The position numbers and the translations under genes were made by a program. A stretch of 64,000 bases of DNA, from positions 1,427,745 to 1,491,744 of the forward strand of contig OY970285.1 of NCBI GenBank assembly GCA_963716005.1. Direction: 5' to 3'. The first letter of the stretch is position 1. Each line of letters opens with the position of its first letter. This DNA comes from an uncultured Thermoleophilia bacterium (GTDB lineage Bacteria > Actinomycetota > Thermoleophilia > Gaiellales > Gaiellaceae). The notes beneath the pieces are model-generated. The model saw nothing but the letters and a program-made list of their open reading frames with translations, had not been told where the DNA came from and searched no databases. This document shows, piece after piece, positions 1 through 9,204 of the stretch.

Positions 1-240
1 TTCGCGAAGTACATCCAGGACTTCGCAGACAAGACCTCGTTCGCCTTCGATGCTGTCTTTCCACATATCGTTGGCGGGCCGCCAACCCCAGTGGCAAAGA
101 ACGCGCAGGCGTTCTATCAGTGGGCTTTGGAGAACAACTATCCGCCGATTGGGTTTTACACCGCTTATCCAGGTCTCTCGACTCAAGACATTCGAGCCTT
201 GCTGGCCGATCGCGCATCAGCACCGGCCACTTCTGGATAG
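1..240 (+). CDS. 3' end of an unidentified protein gene (partial, runs off the window start)
   Basis: Frame +1 is open from base 1 to TAG at 238-240 (...YQWALENNYPPIGFYTAYPGLSTQDIRALL...). Codons are GC3-biased. No family recognised. Confidence 0.35.
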   Translation, partial: FAKYIQDFADKTSFAFDAVFPHIVGGPPTPVAKNAQAFYQWALENNYPPIGFYTAYPGLSTQDIRALLADRASAPATSG

Positions 241-242
241 CG

Positions 243-1781
243 GTGGGGTTTCGTAGCCGGCTGCTGGATCGTAAGCGGCAGGAACGCCTTGAGACCGAGG
301 GTGCCTCGGGAGCCGCTGCGGAGCGCTCGCTTGACCTCGCCGACATTCAGGGGTTCGTTCTCCGCGGTTACAGAATGCCGATGGTGCGGCATTTCTTGTT
401 GGCGGTAGGAGCTCCGGCAGAAGCCCGCAGGCAACTCGGACGGCTCGTGAGCGGCGACGAGTCCGACGCCCCGCAAGTGACGACTGCCGAGGACTGGCAC
501 GTGGGCTTCGCGCCCGGGCCGGGAGACGATCCTGCCGAGTCCCCGCGTCACAAGCCCGACTATTGCCTCAACGTCGGTATCACCTGGCCCGGGCTGGTTG
601 CGCTGGAGGTGGAAGAACGCGTCCCAACGCTCTCGTTCAGGTCATTCGGTGCGTTCATCGAAGGGGCCGCGCAGCGAGCGGAGCGGATCGGAGACGCCGG
701 GCTGGGCTCGCCCAAGGACTGGGTCGGCGGGTTTGGGCGGGAGGACAACCACGTCCTAGTCACGCTGCATGCGATCAGCCCGGACGCGATGACGAGCTAT
801 AGCGACAGGCTCTGTGCGTTGTTCGCCGAGGACAACGCGTTTCGAGAGATCGGGCGGCAGGACGGGATGGCGTTGATGGAGATGCACGACGGCCAACCCG
901 TGCCCACGGCAAAGGTTCACTTCGGATACACCGACGGCATCAGTACGCCCACCATTCGTGGCGGCCCGGAACAGTATCCCCCCGACCACCAGCAACCCTG
1001 CGAGCCATGGCTCTTCGTCCTGCGGGAGGACGCCGAGAACTACATGGTGCCTGAGCCGCTCGAGCTGGGCCTGAACGGGAGCTTTGGAGTCTTCATGAAG
1101 GTCGAGACCGACGTCGTCGGCTTCGAAGACTTCCTGCAGTCGAACAGAGACACGATCGACCCCGAGTTGCTGGCGGCGAAGATGTGCGGTCGCTGGCGCA
1201 ACGGCGTTCCGCTTGCCTTGTCGCCCGACACGGATAGCCCTGCGGAGGAGGTCTCGCCTGAGCAGTTGAACGCTTTCGAGTATGTGAATGGCGATGGCTC
1301 GGGAGATCCGAAGGGGCTCCGCTGTCCCGTCGGCGCACACATACGCCGCGTCAATCCGCGGGGCCAGCCAATCGCGGGCCAAGGGGTGCCCGGCGGCAGC
1401 AACAATTCTCACCGGATAATTCGCCGCGGCATGCCGTACGGGCCGGCCTATGATCCAGGGCAGCCTCACGATGGCGTCGAGCGCGGGATGCTCTTCTATT
1501 TCATCAATGCGAACATCGAGAACCAATACGAGTTCGTGCTGCGACGGTGGGCCAATGACAGCGAATACGCCGGCGGTGTCAGGCTTCACCCAAGTTCGAG
1601 AGATCCACTGATCGGAACCCAGGACACAGCGGAGAGCATCTTCGTCATACCGCAGGCAGACGGGAGCCCGCCGATCAAGGTGACAGGTCTCTCTAGCTTT
1701 GTTACGACCAAGGCCGCTGCGTACGTGTTTCTGCCGAGCATCACGGCAATCAGATTCATCGCCGACCTCGGGGAGGGCTAG
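243..1781 (+). CDS. Dyp-type (dye-decolorizing) haem peroxidase
   Basis: Family motifs: DIQGFVLRGY near the N-terminus, HFGYTDGIS (GxxDG), proximal-His region CPVGAHIRRVNPR, RRGMPYG, and QYEFV...W. The listed ORF start at 120 lies inside the preceding frame +1 gene, so GTG at 243 is the first plausible start. The start is uncertain. Confidence 0.75.
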   Translation: MGFRSRLLDRKRQERLETEGASGAAAERSLDLADIQGFVLRGYRMPMVRHFLLAVGAPAEARRQLGRLVSGDESDAPQVTTAEDWHVGFAPGPGDDPAESPRHKPDYCLNVGITWPGLVALEVEERVPTLSFRSFGAFIEGAAQRAERIGDAGLGSPKDWVGGFGREDNHVLVTLHAISPDAMTSYSDRLCALFAEDNAFREIGRQDGMALMEMHDGQPVPTAKVHFGYTDGISTPTIRGGPEQYPPDHQQPCEPWLFVLREDAENYMVPEPLELGLNGSFGVFMKVETDVVGFEDFLQSNRDTIDPELLAAKMCGRWRNGVPLALSPDTDSPAEEVSPEQLNAFEYVNGDGSGDPKGLRCPVGAHIRRVNPRGQPIAGQGVPGGSNNSHRIIRRGMPYGPAYDPGQPHDGVERGMLFYFINANIENQYEFVLRRWANDSEYAGGVRLHPSSRDPLIGTQDTAESIFVIPQADGSPPIKVTGLSSFVTTKAAAYVFLPSITAIRFIADLGEG

Positions 1782-3532
1782 CTCCGCTCGTCCGCGGCCT
1801 CTGCCTCGTAGGCAGCAACCGCAGCCCGGACCGTCGGGAAGAAGCGGTCGGGCCCGATCCGGGCCGTGAGGCCCGTTTCCTCGAAGATCTCGCGCTGCCG
1901 TCCTTTCAGGCGCGCGAAACAGAGCGTGATGCCACGTTGCTCGAGCTCGACCTGGAGTCGACCAAGCATGTCGATCGCAGTCGCGTCCAGGTACGTCCAG
2001 GCCTCGGCGTTGAGCACCAGCCACCTGATGTCGTCAGAAGCGTCGGCAAGCTCGAGCACGCGTTGTCGGAGGTAGTCGGCATTGACGAAGAAGGGCGGCG
2101 CGTCGAAGCGGTACACGAGCAGCCCCGCAATCGTCTCGGCGCCCTCCCAGCGCGTGATGTCGTGGTAGCCGTCGACGTCCTCCACGCGGCCGAGCACGGC
2201 GTCGTGCGGGCGGGCCGCGCGATAGAGGAACACTCCGATCGAGAGGGAGATCGCGACGACCACGCCGCCGACGGGACCGAACACCAGGACGCCGACCAGG
2301 GCGACGAGAGCCAACACGACCTCGGCCGACCGGACGTGGCGGAGCTGCCAGATCGACCGGCCGTTGATGAGCCCGGCCGCGGCGACGACGATGATCACGC
2401 CGAGCGCCGCGGTGGGCAGCGGCTCGATAAGTGGCATAGCGACGAGGAGGAAGAGCCCGACGATCGCCGCCGCGACGAGGACGGCGGCCTGCGACCTTGC
2501 GCCGGTGGAGTCGTTGACCGCAGACCTGGAGTTCGACGACGAGACCGGAAACGCGCCGGTCAGGCCGCCGATGAGGTTGGCGCCGCCGATCGCGGTCAGC
2601 TCACGGTTGGCGTCGACCTCGTAGCCGTGCTTCTGGGCGTAGGTGCGGACGGTCGCGATCAGGTCGGCGAAGGCGACCAGGGAAAAGGCCGCCGCGGGAA
2701 GCACGAGATCGAAGAAGTCCTGGGCGCCGACCTGCGGCCTTCCGAACGAGGGCAGGCCGCCCGCGACCTCGCCGACGACCGCGATCCCATGGGCCGCAAG
2801 ATCGACGACCGCCGCGATGACGAGCGCGAGCGCGAGCACCACGAGGGACGGCGGCACGGCGGGCAGAAAGCGTCGAACCGCGATCGCCGTCGCCAGCAGC
2901 ACTGCGCTCAGGAGCACGGTAGGCCCATTCGCGTCGCCGAGATTCGAGAGGATTTCCCATACGACCGAGAAGAAGTCGTCGACCGGGACGCTGATTCCCA
3001 AGAGCTTGCCCAGCTGGGACGAGATCACGATCAGCGCGACCCCGTTGATGTAGCCGAGCAGCACCGGCTTGCCGAAGAAATCCGCGATGAACCCGAGGCG
3101 GAGGACGCCTGCCAGGAAGAGCAGCATTCCCATCGCCAGCGCGAGTGCGGCGGCGAGGGCCGCGTAGCGAGCCGGATCGGTCTCACCCCCAACAAGAGCG
3201 ATCGGCGCCACCGTCACGCCGGTCAGGACCGCGAGCGTGGAATCGGGTCCCACAACGTGCTGCCGCGACGTCCCGAGCAGCCCGTAGACCGCCAGCGGTA
3301 GAAACGTCCCGTAGAGGCCGTACACCACCGGAAGGCCCGCGAGCTCTGCCATCGCCAACGACGAGGGCACCGCCACAGCGCCCACCGTGATCCCGGCCAC
3401 GAGATCGGACCGGAGATACGAGCGCGGGTACCGCAACATCATCGCCAGGCCGGGCGCCGCCTCGGCCAGCGACCGCGGCACGAGCGCGTGCGCGTACGAG
3501 GTGAGCGCGGCGCGAGAGCTCTCGCGCGTCAC
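1778..3532 (-). CDS. SulP-family anion (sulfate/bicarbonate) permease with C-terminal STAS domain
   Basis: 584-aa ORF. N-terminus DLVAGITVGAVAVPSSLAMAELAGLPVVYGLY, multiple TM segments, and a soluble C-terminal tail typical of STAS (WLVLNAEAWTYLDATAIDML...). Confidence 0.9.
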   Translation of the reverse strand: MTRESSRAALTSYAHALVPRSLAEAAPGLAMMLRYPRSYLRSDLVAGITVGAVAVPSSLAMAELAGLPVVYGLYGTFLPLAVYGLLGTSRQHVVGPDSTLAVLTGVTVAPIALVGGETDPARYAALAAALALAMGMLLFLAGVLRLGFIADFFGKPVLLGYINGVALIVISSQLGKLLGISVPVDDFFSVVWEILSNLGDANGPTVLLSAVLLATAIAVRRFLPAVPPSLVVLALALVIAAVVDLAAHGIAVVGEVAGGLPSFGRPQVGAQDFFDLVLPAAAFSLVAFADLIATVRTYAQKHGYEVDANRELTAIGGANLIGGLTGAFPVSSSNSRSAVNDSTGARSQAAVLVAAAIVGLFLLVAMPLIEPLPTAALGVIIVVAAAGLINGRSIWQLRHVRSAEVVLALVALVGVLVFGPVGGVVVAISLSIGVFLYRAARPHDAVLGRVEDVDGYHDITRWEGAETIAGLLVYRFDAPPFFVNADYLRQRVLELADASDDIRWLVLNAEAWTYLDATAIDMLGRLQVELEQRGITLCFARLKGRQREIFEETGLTARIGPDRFFPTVRAAVAAYEAEAADERS

Positions 3533-3679
3533 GTCACGGCTCCTGCGCGATGCGAGGCGCCGGCAGGCTGGTGCTGTTCGAACTCATCGTCGATCCTGAA
3601 GCGCGATGGTAGTGGGGAACGCGCTCGAATTCCTAGCGGCGACGAAGAAGTAGCAGCGGGGAGGGACGCCTGTTGGCTG

Positions 3680-3874
3680 TCACTCACACTTCGCGTGGCG
3701 CGCCAGATCGGCCTTGACCAGCTCGGCGATCTGCCAGCGGAGGAGGTCGGCCCGAGCGTCGTGCTCTCCGACGAGCCGGCGCAACTCCTCGAGCATCCGC
3801 TCGATCTCCGCGTGCCCCCTCCGCGGGGCTGCGACGGAGGGGGCATTCGACGGGGAGAGGAGAGCGGTGCTCAT
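3680..3874 (-). CDS. hypothetical small protein (64 aa)
   Basis: GC3-biased ORF in an otherwise empty gap. No Shine-Dalgarno motif seen and no family recognised. Confidence 0.3.
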   Translation of the reverse strand: MSTALLSPSNAPSVAAPRRGHAEIERMLEELRRLVGEHDARADLLRWQIAELVKADLARHAKCE

Positions 3875-3964
3875 GCGATGAGTGAAGGAGACCAGGCACG
3901 CGTAAGAGACGGATGAGACAGGTCTAAGCGGTTCCTAAGACTCTTCGGGCAGACTTCCCCGGCG

Positions 3965-5023
3965 ATGGCGACCTACGACCTGCTCCGCGACCTACCCCTC
4001 GAGATCGACTCGTACGCGCTCGAGGGCCTCGTCCTCGACGTGTCGAGCGGGTTCACCCGGCACACCACCGTGATCCGCCTCGCGGGCGGCGGCGAGGAAG
4101 GGGTCGGCGAGGACGTCACCTACGACGGCGACGACCAGCTGCGCCACCAGGAGGCGGGCGCGTTCCTCGAGCTCGCCGGCTCGCACACGGTCGGCTCCTT
4201 CTCGGATCTGATCGGCGGGCTCGACACGTTCCCGCAGGCGCCCGACCGCGACGTCTACCGCAGCTACCGCCGCTGGGGCTTCGAGAGCGCCGCACTGGAT
4301 CTGGCGCTCCGCCAGGCCGGAATCCCGCTGACCGAGGCGCTCGGACGCGAGGCGGGGCCGCTCAACTTCGTCGTGTCGATGCGCCTCGGCGAGGAGCCGA
4401 CGAGCGCGCCCGTGCGCGGGATCCTCGAGAACTACCCGGGCATGAAGTTCAAGCTCGACGCGACGAGCGAATGGACGGACGAGCTGATCGACGAGCTGCG
4501 CGAACTCGGTGCCGTCGACTCGATCGACCTCAAGGGCCAGTACAAGGGCACGGTCGTCGACCAGGCGCCCGACGTCGACCTCTACGGCCGCGTGATCGAC
4601 GCGTTCCCCGATGCCTGGATCGAGGATCCGGACGTGACACCCGAGACGAAGCCCGTCCTCGAGCCGGCGCGCGACCGGGTCACCTGGGACGCGATCATCC
4701 ACTCGGTCGCCGACATCGAGGCGCTCGAGTGGCCCCCGAAGACCGTGAACGTGAAGCCGTCGCGGTTCGGAAGCCTCAGCGCGCTCTGCGACGCCTACGA
4801 CTACTGCGAGAATCACTGGATCGGCGCGTACGGCGGCGGGCAGTTCGAGCTCGGGCCCGGACGCGGGCAGATCCAGTACCTCGCCTCCGTCTTCCATCCG
4901 GACACCCCGAACGACGTCGCGCCGGGCGGGTTCAACCTGTCCAACCCCGGACCGGGACTGCCGTCGAGCCCGATGGCGCCGGCGCTCGAGCCGACCGGGT
5001 TCCGCTGGCGGACGGACGGGTAG
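3965..5023 (+). CDS. conserved hypothetical protein, possibly enolase-superfamily (MR/MLE-like) fold
   Basis: 352-aa intact ORF. The GFESAALDLALRQAGIPLTEALG and KFKLD segments resemble MR/MLE barrel motifs. The assignment is tentative. Confidence 0.5.
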   Translation: MATYDLLRDLPLEIDSYALEGLVLDVSSGFTRHTTVIRLAGGGEEGVGEDVTYDGDDQLRHQEAGAFLELAGSHTVGSFSDLIGGLDTFPQAPDRDVYRSYRRWGFESAALDLALRQAGIPLTEALGREAGPLNFVVSMRLGEEPTSAPVRGILENYPGMKFKLDATSEWTDELIDELRELGAVDSIDLKGQYKGTVVDQAPDVDLYGRVIDAFPDAWIEDPDVTPETKPVLEPARDRVTWDAIIHSVADIEALEWPPKTVNVKPSRFGSLSALCDAYDYCENHWIGAYGGGQFELGPGRGQIQYLASVFHPDTPNDVAPGGFNLSNPGPGLPSSPMAPALEPTGFRWRTDG

Positions 5024-5032
5024 GAGGACGCT

Positions 5033-5233
5033 GTGATCAAGCTGTACTTCCTCCTCACGCGTGGTTGGCGGCTCATCCCGCGGCGGCATCGGCGGCAGCT
5101 GCTGCTCACCGCCGCGATGCTGGCGAAGACGCACGGCCCGAAGGCCGCCCGACTGGCCCGCGAGTACACCCCGAAGGTCGCCGACGCGGCCACTCGCGCC
5201 CGCGACGCCGTACGCAAGCCGCCGCGCCCTTAG
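5033..5233 (+). CDS. hypothetical small basic protein (66 aa)
   Basis: GTG start preceded by AGGAGG, which overlaps the upstream stop (TAGGAGGACGCTGTG). GC3-biased. Confidence 0.45.
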   Translation: MIKLYFLLTRGWRLIPRRHRRQLLLTAAMLAKTHGPKAARLAREYTPKVADAATRARDAVRKPPRP

Positions 5234-7161
5234 CTCGGCTCGCGCGGCATCTCGGCGGCGAGGTCGCGCGCGAAGCCTGCGACGACCTCTTCGAGCTCCG
5301 CGTGCCGCTCGGGCTCCCAGCCGTCGAGAAGCTCCGCGATCCGCTTTTCCCGCGCGGCGACCAGACGGTCGTGTGCCGCCCTGCCCGTGTCCGTGAGCCG
5401 CGCGCCGGTGACGACGAGCCCCTGCCCGCGCAGCTCGAGTAGCGGTCCTGCCAGCCGCTCTGGGGCAACGGCAGGCATGTCTTCGTCGCCGAGGCGGATG
5501 AGGACCCACGCGCCCGCGGGGCTGACCTCCACCCCTGCCCGCTCGGCGAGACCGGCGTACGCTTGCCAGCGGTTCTCCCGCTCGGTCAGCACCGAGAGCG
5601 AGCGCACGATCTCCTCGAACGAGTCGTCCGAGCGCGGCGACGCGAAGCTCTCGCCGATCCCCTCGGCCTCGACCGTGTGGCGCAGCGGCCGCTCCGGGAG
5701 GAACCACGTGAGGACGAACCCGACCGCCGAGATGAACGCCGCCACCAGGAACACGGGCCGGATCGAGGTCGCGAACGCCTCGACGTAGACCGCGTGCACC
5801 GCGTCCGGAAGCGCCGCGATCGTGGCCGGATCGGTCGCCTCGGGCGCCGGTGCACCCGGCGGAATGCGCGACGCGAGATTCGTGGCGAGCTCGTGGGCGA
5901 AGATCGCGCCGAAGAGGGACACGCCGATCGAGCCGCCGATCGAACGGAAGAGCGTCGCCCCGGAGGTCGCAACGCCGAGGAGCGTGTAGTCGACCGCGTT
6001 CTGAACAGCGAGGACGAGCACCTGCATCACGAACCCGAGGCCGAATCCGAGCAGCAGCATGTACGCGTCGACGACGATGAGACTCGTGTCCTCGGTGATC
6101 CGCGAGAGCAACGCAAGGGCAACGGTCATGAGCGCCGTCCCGACGATCGGGAAGACGCGGTAGCGCCCGATCCGCGAGATCAGCTGGCCGCTGCCGATCG
6201 ACGCGACGAGCAGGCCGACCATGAGCGGCAGGAGCTGCAGCCCCGAAGCGGCCGGGCTCTGGCCCTTGGCGATCTGGAGGTAGAGCGGCAGGTACGTGAT
6301 CGAGCCGAAGAGCGCGAGCCCCACGATGAACCCGATCGCGCTCGCGACCGAGAACACGCGGTTCTTGAAGAGGACGAGCGGAAGGATCGGCTCGGCGGCG
6401 CGGCGCTCCACCGCGAGGAACCCCGCCACGCCGAGTGCGCCGAGGATGGCGAGCGCGACGATCGTCGGCGAGCTCCAGCCAAGGGTCGTCCCGCCGAGGC
6501 TCGTGAAGAGGACGATCGAGGTGAGCGCCAGCGCGAGCAACGCCGCGCCGAGGTAGTCGATCGTGTGCTGGCGGCGCTGTGACGGCGCCTGCATGACGAT
6601 CCCGACGACGGCGAACGCGGCCGCGCCTATCGGGATGTTCACGTAGAAGATCCAGCGCCACGAGAGGTGCTCGACGATGAATCCGCCGGCGAGCGGCCCG
6701 ATGATCGTGGCGAGGCCGAAGACCGCGCCGAACATCCCCTGGTAGCGGCCTCGCTCGCGCGGCGGCACGATGTCGCCGACGCTTGCGATCGCGGTGACCA
6801 TGAGTCCGCCGCCGCCGATTCCCTGGATGGCGCGGAACGCGATCAGCTGCGGCATGTCCTGCGCGAGCCCGCAGAGGGCCGAGCCGAGCAGGAAGATCAG
6901 GATCGCCGACTGCAGCATCAGCTTGCGCCCGTACAGGTCGCCGAGCTTCCCGTAGAGCGGCGTCACGATGGTCGCGCCGAGCAGGTAGGCGGTCACGACC
7001 CAGGAGAGGTGCTCGACGCCGCCGAGCTCGCCGACGATCGTGGGCAGCGCGGTCGAGACGATCGTCTGGTCGAGCGCCGCGAGGAGGACGACGAAGAGCA
7101 GGGCACCGAAGACGACCCGGACGCGCGGCTGCGCGACGGTCGGCTCGGCGGCCGCGTTCAT
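5230..7161 (-). CDS. MFS transporter, DHA2 (EmrB/QacA-like, 14-TM) family, with about 140-aa C-terminal cytoplasmic wHTH/MarR-like extension
   Basis: LDQTIVSTALPTIVGELGG...YGKLGDLYGRK signature. The start is taken at MNAAAEP (ATG at 7161) rather than the Arg-rich upstream extension of the listed ORF. The tail after the last TM segment is soluble (LSVLTERENRWQAYAGLAERAG...LTDTGRAAHDRLVAAREKRIAELL). Confidence 0.88.
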   Translation of the reverse strand: MNAAAEPTVAQPRVRVVFGALLFVVLLAALDQTIVSTALPTIVGELGGVEHLSWVVTAYLLGATIVTPLYGKLGDLYGRKLMLQSAILIFLLGSALCGLAQDMPQLIAFRAIQGIGGGGLMVTAIASVGDIVPPRERGRYQGMFGAVFGLATIIGPLAGGFIVEHLSWRWIFYVNIPIGAAAFAVVGIVMQAPSQRRQHTIDYLGAALLALALTSIVLFTSLGGTTLGWSSPTIVALAILGALGVAGFLAVERRAAEPILPLVLFKNRVFSVASAIGFIVGLALFGSITYLPLYLQIAKGQSPAASGLQLLPLMVGLLVASIGSGQLISRIGRYRVFPIVGTALMTVALALLSRITEDTSLIVVDAYMLLLGFGLGFVMQVLVLAVQNAVDYTLLGVATSGATLFRSIGGSIGVSLFGAIFAHELATNLASRIPPGAPAPEATDPATIAALPDAVHAVYVEAFATSIRPVFLVAAFISAVGFVLTWFLPERPLRHTVEAEGIGESFASPRSDDSFEEIVRSLSVLTERENRWQAYAGLAERAGVEVSPAGAWVLIRLGDEDMPAVAPERLAGPLLELRGQGLVVTGARLTDTGRAAHDRLVAAREKRIAELLDGWEPERHAELEEVVAGFARDLAAEMPREPS

Positions 7162-7466
7162 TCCGAGCCGAGGTCGCGCTCGGCCGAGCGCAGTCGCGCG
7201 AGCGCGAGATCGAACGAGCGGGCGAGGTGCGCCTCGATCCTCCCGAGCCGCTCGCGGGCGACCCGGACGCTCTCGAGCGCCCCGTCGAGCTCGTCGAGCG
7301 CCTCGCTCATGAGCTCGAACCGCTCGCCGGCCGGGAGCACGTCGCCCCACCGGGCGCGGAGCTCCTCGAGATGTCCCTGCGCCGCGACGAGGAGATCGGG
7401 GAGCGGCGGGTCGAGCCGCAGCTCCTCCCCGAAGACGACGATCCGCTCGGTCAGCTCCTCGGCCAT
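7158..7466 (-). CDS. hypothetical coiled-coil protein (102 aa), translationally coupled to the MFS gene
   Basis: Its TGA stop overlaps the MFS ATG (ATGA at 7158-7161). Acidic, helical-looking sequence. Confidence 0.45.
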   Translation of the reverse strand: MAEELTERIVVFGEELRLDPPLPDLLVAAQGHLEELRARWGDVLPAGERFELMSEALDELDGALESVRVARERLGRIEAHLARSFDLALARLRSAERDLGSE

Positions 7467-7504
7467 GCCCGAACGCTACCCGCCGCCCTCCGGCGGCTCA
7501 CCGG

Positions 7505-8515
7505 CTAGGCGAACGCGCCGGCGTAACCGTTCAGGGCCGGCTGGCCGCCCAGGTGGGCGTAGAGGACGCGCGAGCCCGGCGCGATGCGCCCGTCGCGGAC
7601 GAGGTCGATGAGCGCCGCCATGGACTTGCCCTCGTACACCGGATCGGTGATGACGCCCTCGAGCCGCGCGCACAGCCGGATCGCCTCGATCGTCTTCTCG
7701 TCCGGGATCCCGTAGATCCCCGCGTGCCACTCGTCGAGGAGCACGATCTCCTCGTCGGCGAGCTCGCGGCCGAGGCCGATCGCCTCCGCCGTGAACCGGG
7801 CGATGCGCGCGATCTGCTCCCACGTCTGCTCCACGGTTGCCGAGCCGTCGATGCCGAGCACAGCGCGCTCAGATTCCTGTAACGCGAACCCCGCGACCAT
7901 CCCCGCGTGCGTCGACCCGGTCACGGCGCACACGACCACGGTGTCGAAGAACACGCCGAGCTCCGCCTCCTGCTCCGCGACCTCTTCCGCCCACCGAGCG
8001 AAGCCGAGCCCGCCGAGCGGATGATCCGAGGCGCCCGCCGGGATCGGATACGGCTTGCCGCCGCGCTCTCGCACCGACCCGAGCGCGTCCTCCCAGCTCG
8101 GCCTGATCCCGATGTCGAAGCCGGCCGCGTCGAGCCGCACGTCGGCGCCCATGATCCGCGACAGGAGGATGTTCCCGACCTTGTCGTAGACGGGATCGTC
8201 CCAGTCCACCCAGTGCTCCTGGACGAGGACGCAGCGCAGCCCGAGATGCGCGGCGACCGCGGCGACCTGGCGCGTGTGGTTCGACTGGACGCCGCCGATC
8301 GAGACGAGCGTGTCGCAGCCCTGCGCGAGCGCGTCCGCGGCCAGGTACTCGAGCTTGCGCACCTTGTTCCCGCCGTAGGCGAGGCCCGAGCTCACGTCCT
8401 CGCGCTTGGCCCAGATCTCGACCTCGCCGCCCAGGTGCTCGCTCAGCCGCTCCAGCGGATGCACCGGCGACGGCCCGAAGGTGAGCGGGACGCGGTCGAA
8501 GTCGGCGAGGCTCAT
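7505..8515 (-). CDS. acdS: 1-aminocyclopropane-1-carboxylate (ACC) deaminase
   Basis: Near-collinear resemblance to characterised AcdS: [28 protein letters not shown]-Lys region [40 protein letters not shown]. It also carries the YEGKS and YAHLGG motifs that hold the Glu/Leu pair reported to separate AcdS from D-cysteine desulfhydrase. Confidence 0.88.
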   Translation of the reverse strand: MSLADFDRVPLTFGPSPVHPLERLSEHLGGEVEIWAKREDVSSGLAYGGNKVRKLEYLAADALAQGCDTLVSIGGVQSNHTRQVAAVAAHLGLRCVLVQEHWVDWDDPVYDKVGNILLSRIMGADVRLDAAGFDIGIRPSWEDALGSVRERGGKPYPIPAGASDHPLGGLGFARWAEEVAEQEAELGVFFDTVVVCAVTGSTHAGMVAGFALQESERAVLGIDGSATVEQTWEQIARIARFTAEAIGLGRELADEEIVLLDEWHAGIYGIPDEKTIEAIRLCARLEGVITDPVYEGKSMAALIDLVRDGRIAPGSRVLYAHLGGQPALNGYAGAFA

Positions 8516-8553
8516 CGGTTGGCGATTGTCTCAGTTGTGGAAGGATCGGACGC

Positions 8554-9204
8554 ATGGGAAAGGTGAGAGCCGGAATCTCGATGTCCCTGGACGGCTACGT
8601 CGCCGGGCCGAACGCGTCGCTCGAGGTGCCGCTCGGCGAAGGCGGCGAGGAGCTGCACGAGTGGGTACTCGCGTCTCGCGCCTGGAGGGAGCGGCACGGC
8701 CACGAGGGCGGCGAGGAAGGCCTTGACTCGGAGATCGTCGCGGAGTCGATCGAGAACATCGGCGCGCAGATCATGGGCCGGAACATGTTCAGCGGCGGCT
8801 TCGGCCCCGGAGCCTGGTCCGACGACCCGAACTCGACCGGCTGGTGGGGCGACGAGCCGCCGTTCCACGTGCCGGTCTTCGTGCTCACGCATCACGCGCG
8901 CGAGCCGCTCGAGATGCAGGGCGGCACGACGTTCCACTTCATCACCGACGGGATCGAGACCGCGCTCGACGAGGCCCGCGCCGCCGCGGAGGACGAGGAC
9001 GTCTTCCTGGCCGGCGGCGGCAGCCTCATCCAGCAGTACCTTGCGGCCGGGCTCGTCGACGAGCTCGAGGTGCACATCGCCCCCAAGGCGCTCGGCGGCG
9101 GCGTCCGCCTCTTCGACAACCTGGGCCCGAGCCCGCCGAAGTTCGAGGTCGTACGCGCGGTCTCGACTCCCGGCGCCACCCACGTCAAGTACCGCGTCGC
9201 GTGA
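8554..9204 (+). CDS. dihydrofolate reductase-family (RibD C-terminal domain-like) protein
   Basis: The N-terminus ISMSLDGYVAGPN and overall length (216 aa) are typical of this family. Confidence 0.75.
   Translation: MGKVRAGISMSLDGYVAGPNASLEVPLGEGGEELHEWVLASRAWRERHGHEGGEEGLDSEIVAESIENIGAQIMGRNMFSGGFGPGAWSDDPNSTGWWGDEPPFHVPVFVLTHHAREPLEMQGGTTFHFITDGIETALDEARAAAEDEDVFLAGGGSLIQQYLAAGLVDELEVHIAPKALGGGVRLFDNLGPSPPKFEVVRAVSTPGATHVKYRVA

Noticed and set aside
3992-6661. 889-aa ORF on the - strand, and similar very long ORFs (756-2024 -, 1937-3301 +, 18312-20267 +, 21222-22610 -, 36043-38376 -, 45883-48501 -, 50140-53649 +, 56100-59507 +, and the upstream part of 60083-62836 -)
   Set aside because: These are Arg/Pro/Gly/Ala-rich translations with no family motifs. 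They lie antisense or out of frame to genes with clear homology. Open alternative frames are expected in GC-rich DNA because stop codons are AT-rich.
8844-9200. N-terminal extension of the PepT ORF overlapping the DHFR-family gene
   Set aside because: The extension is Arg-rich noise. The PepT homology begins at the GTG at 9201, which overlaps the upstream stop.
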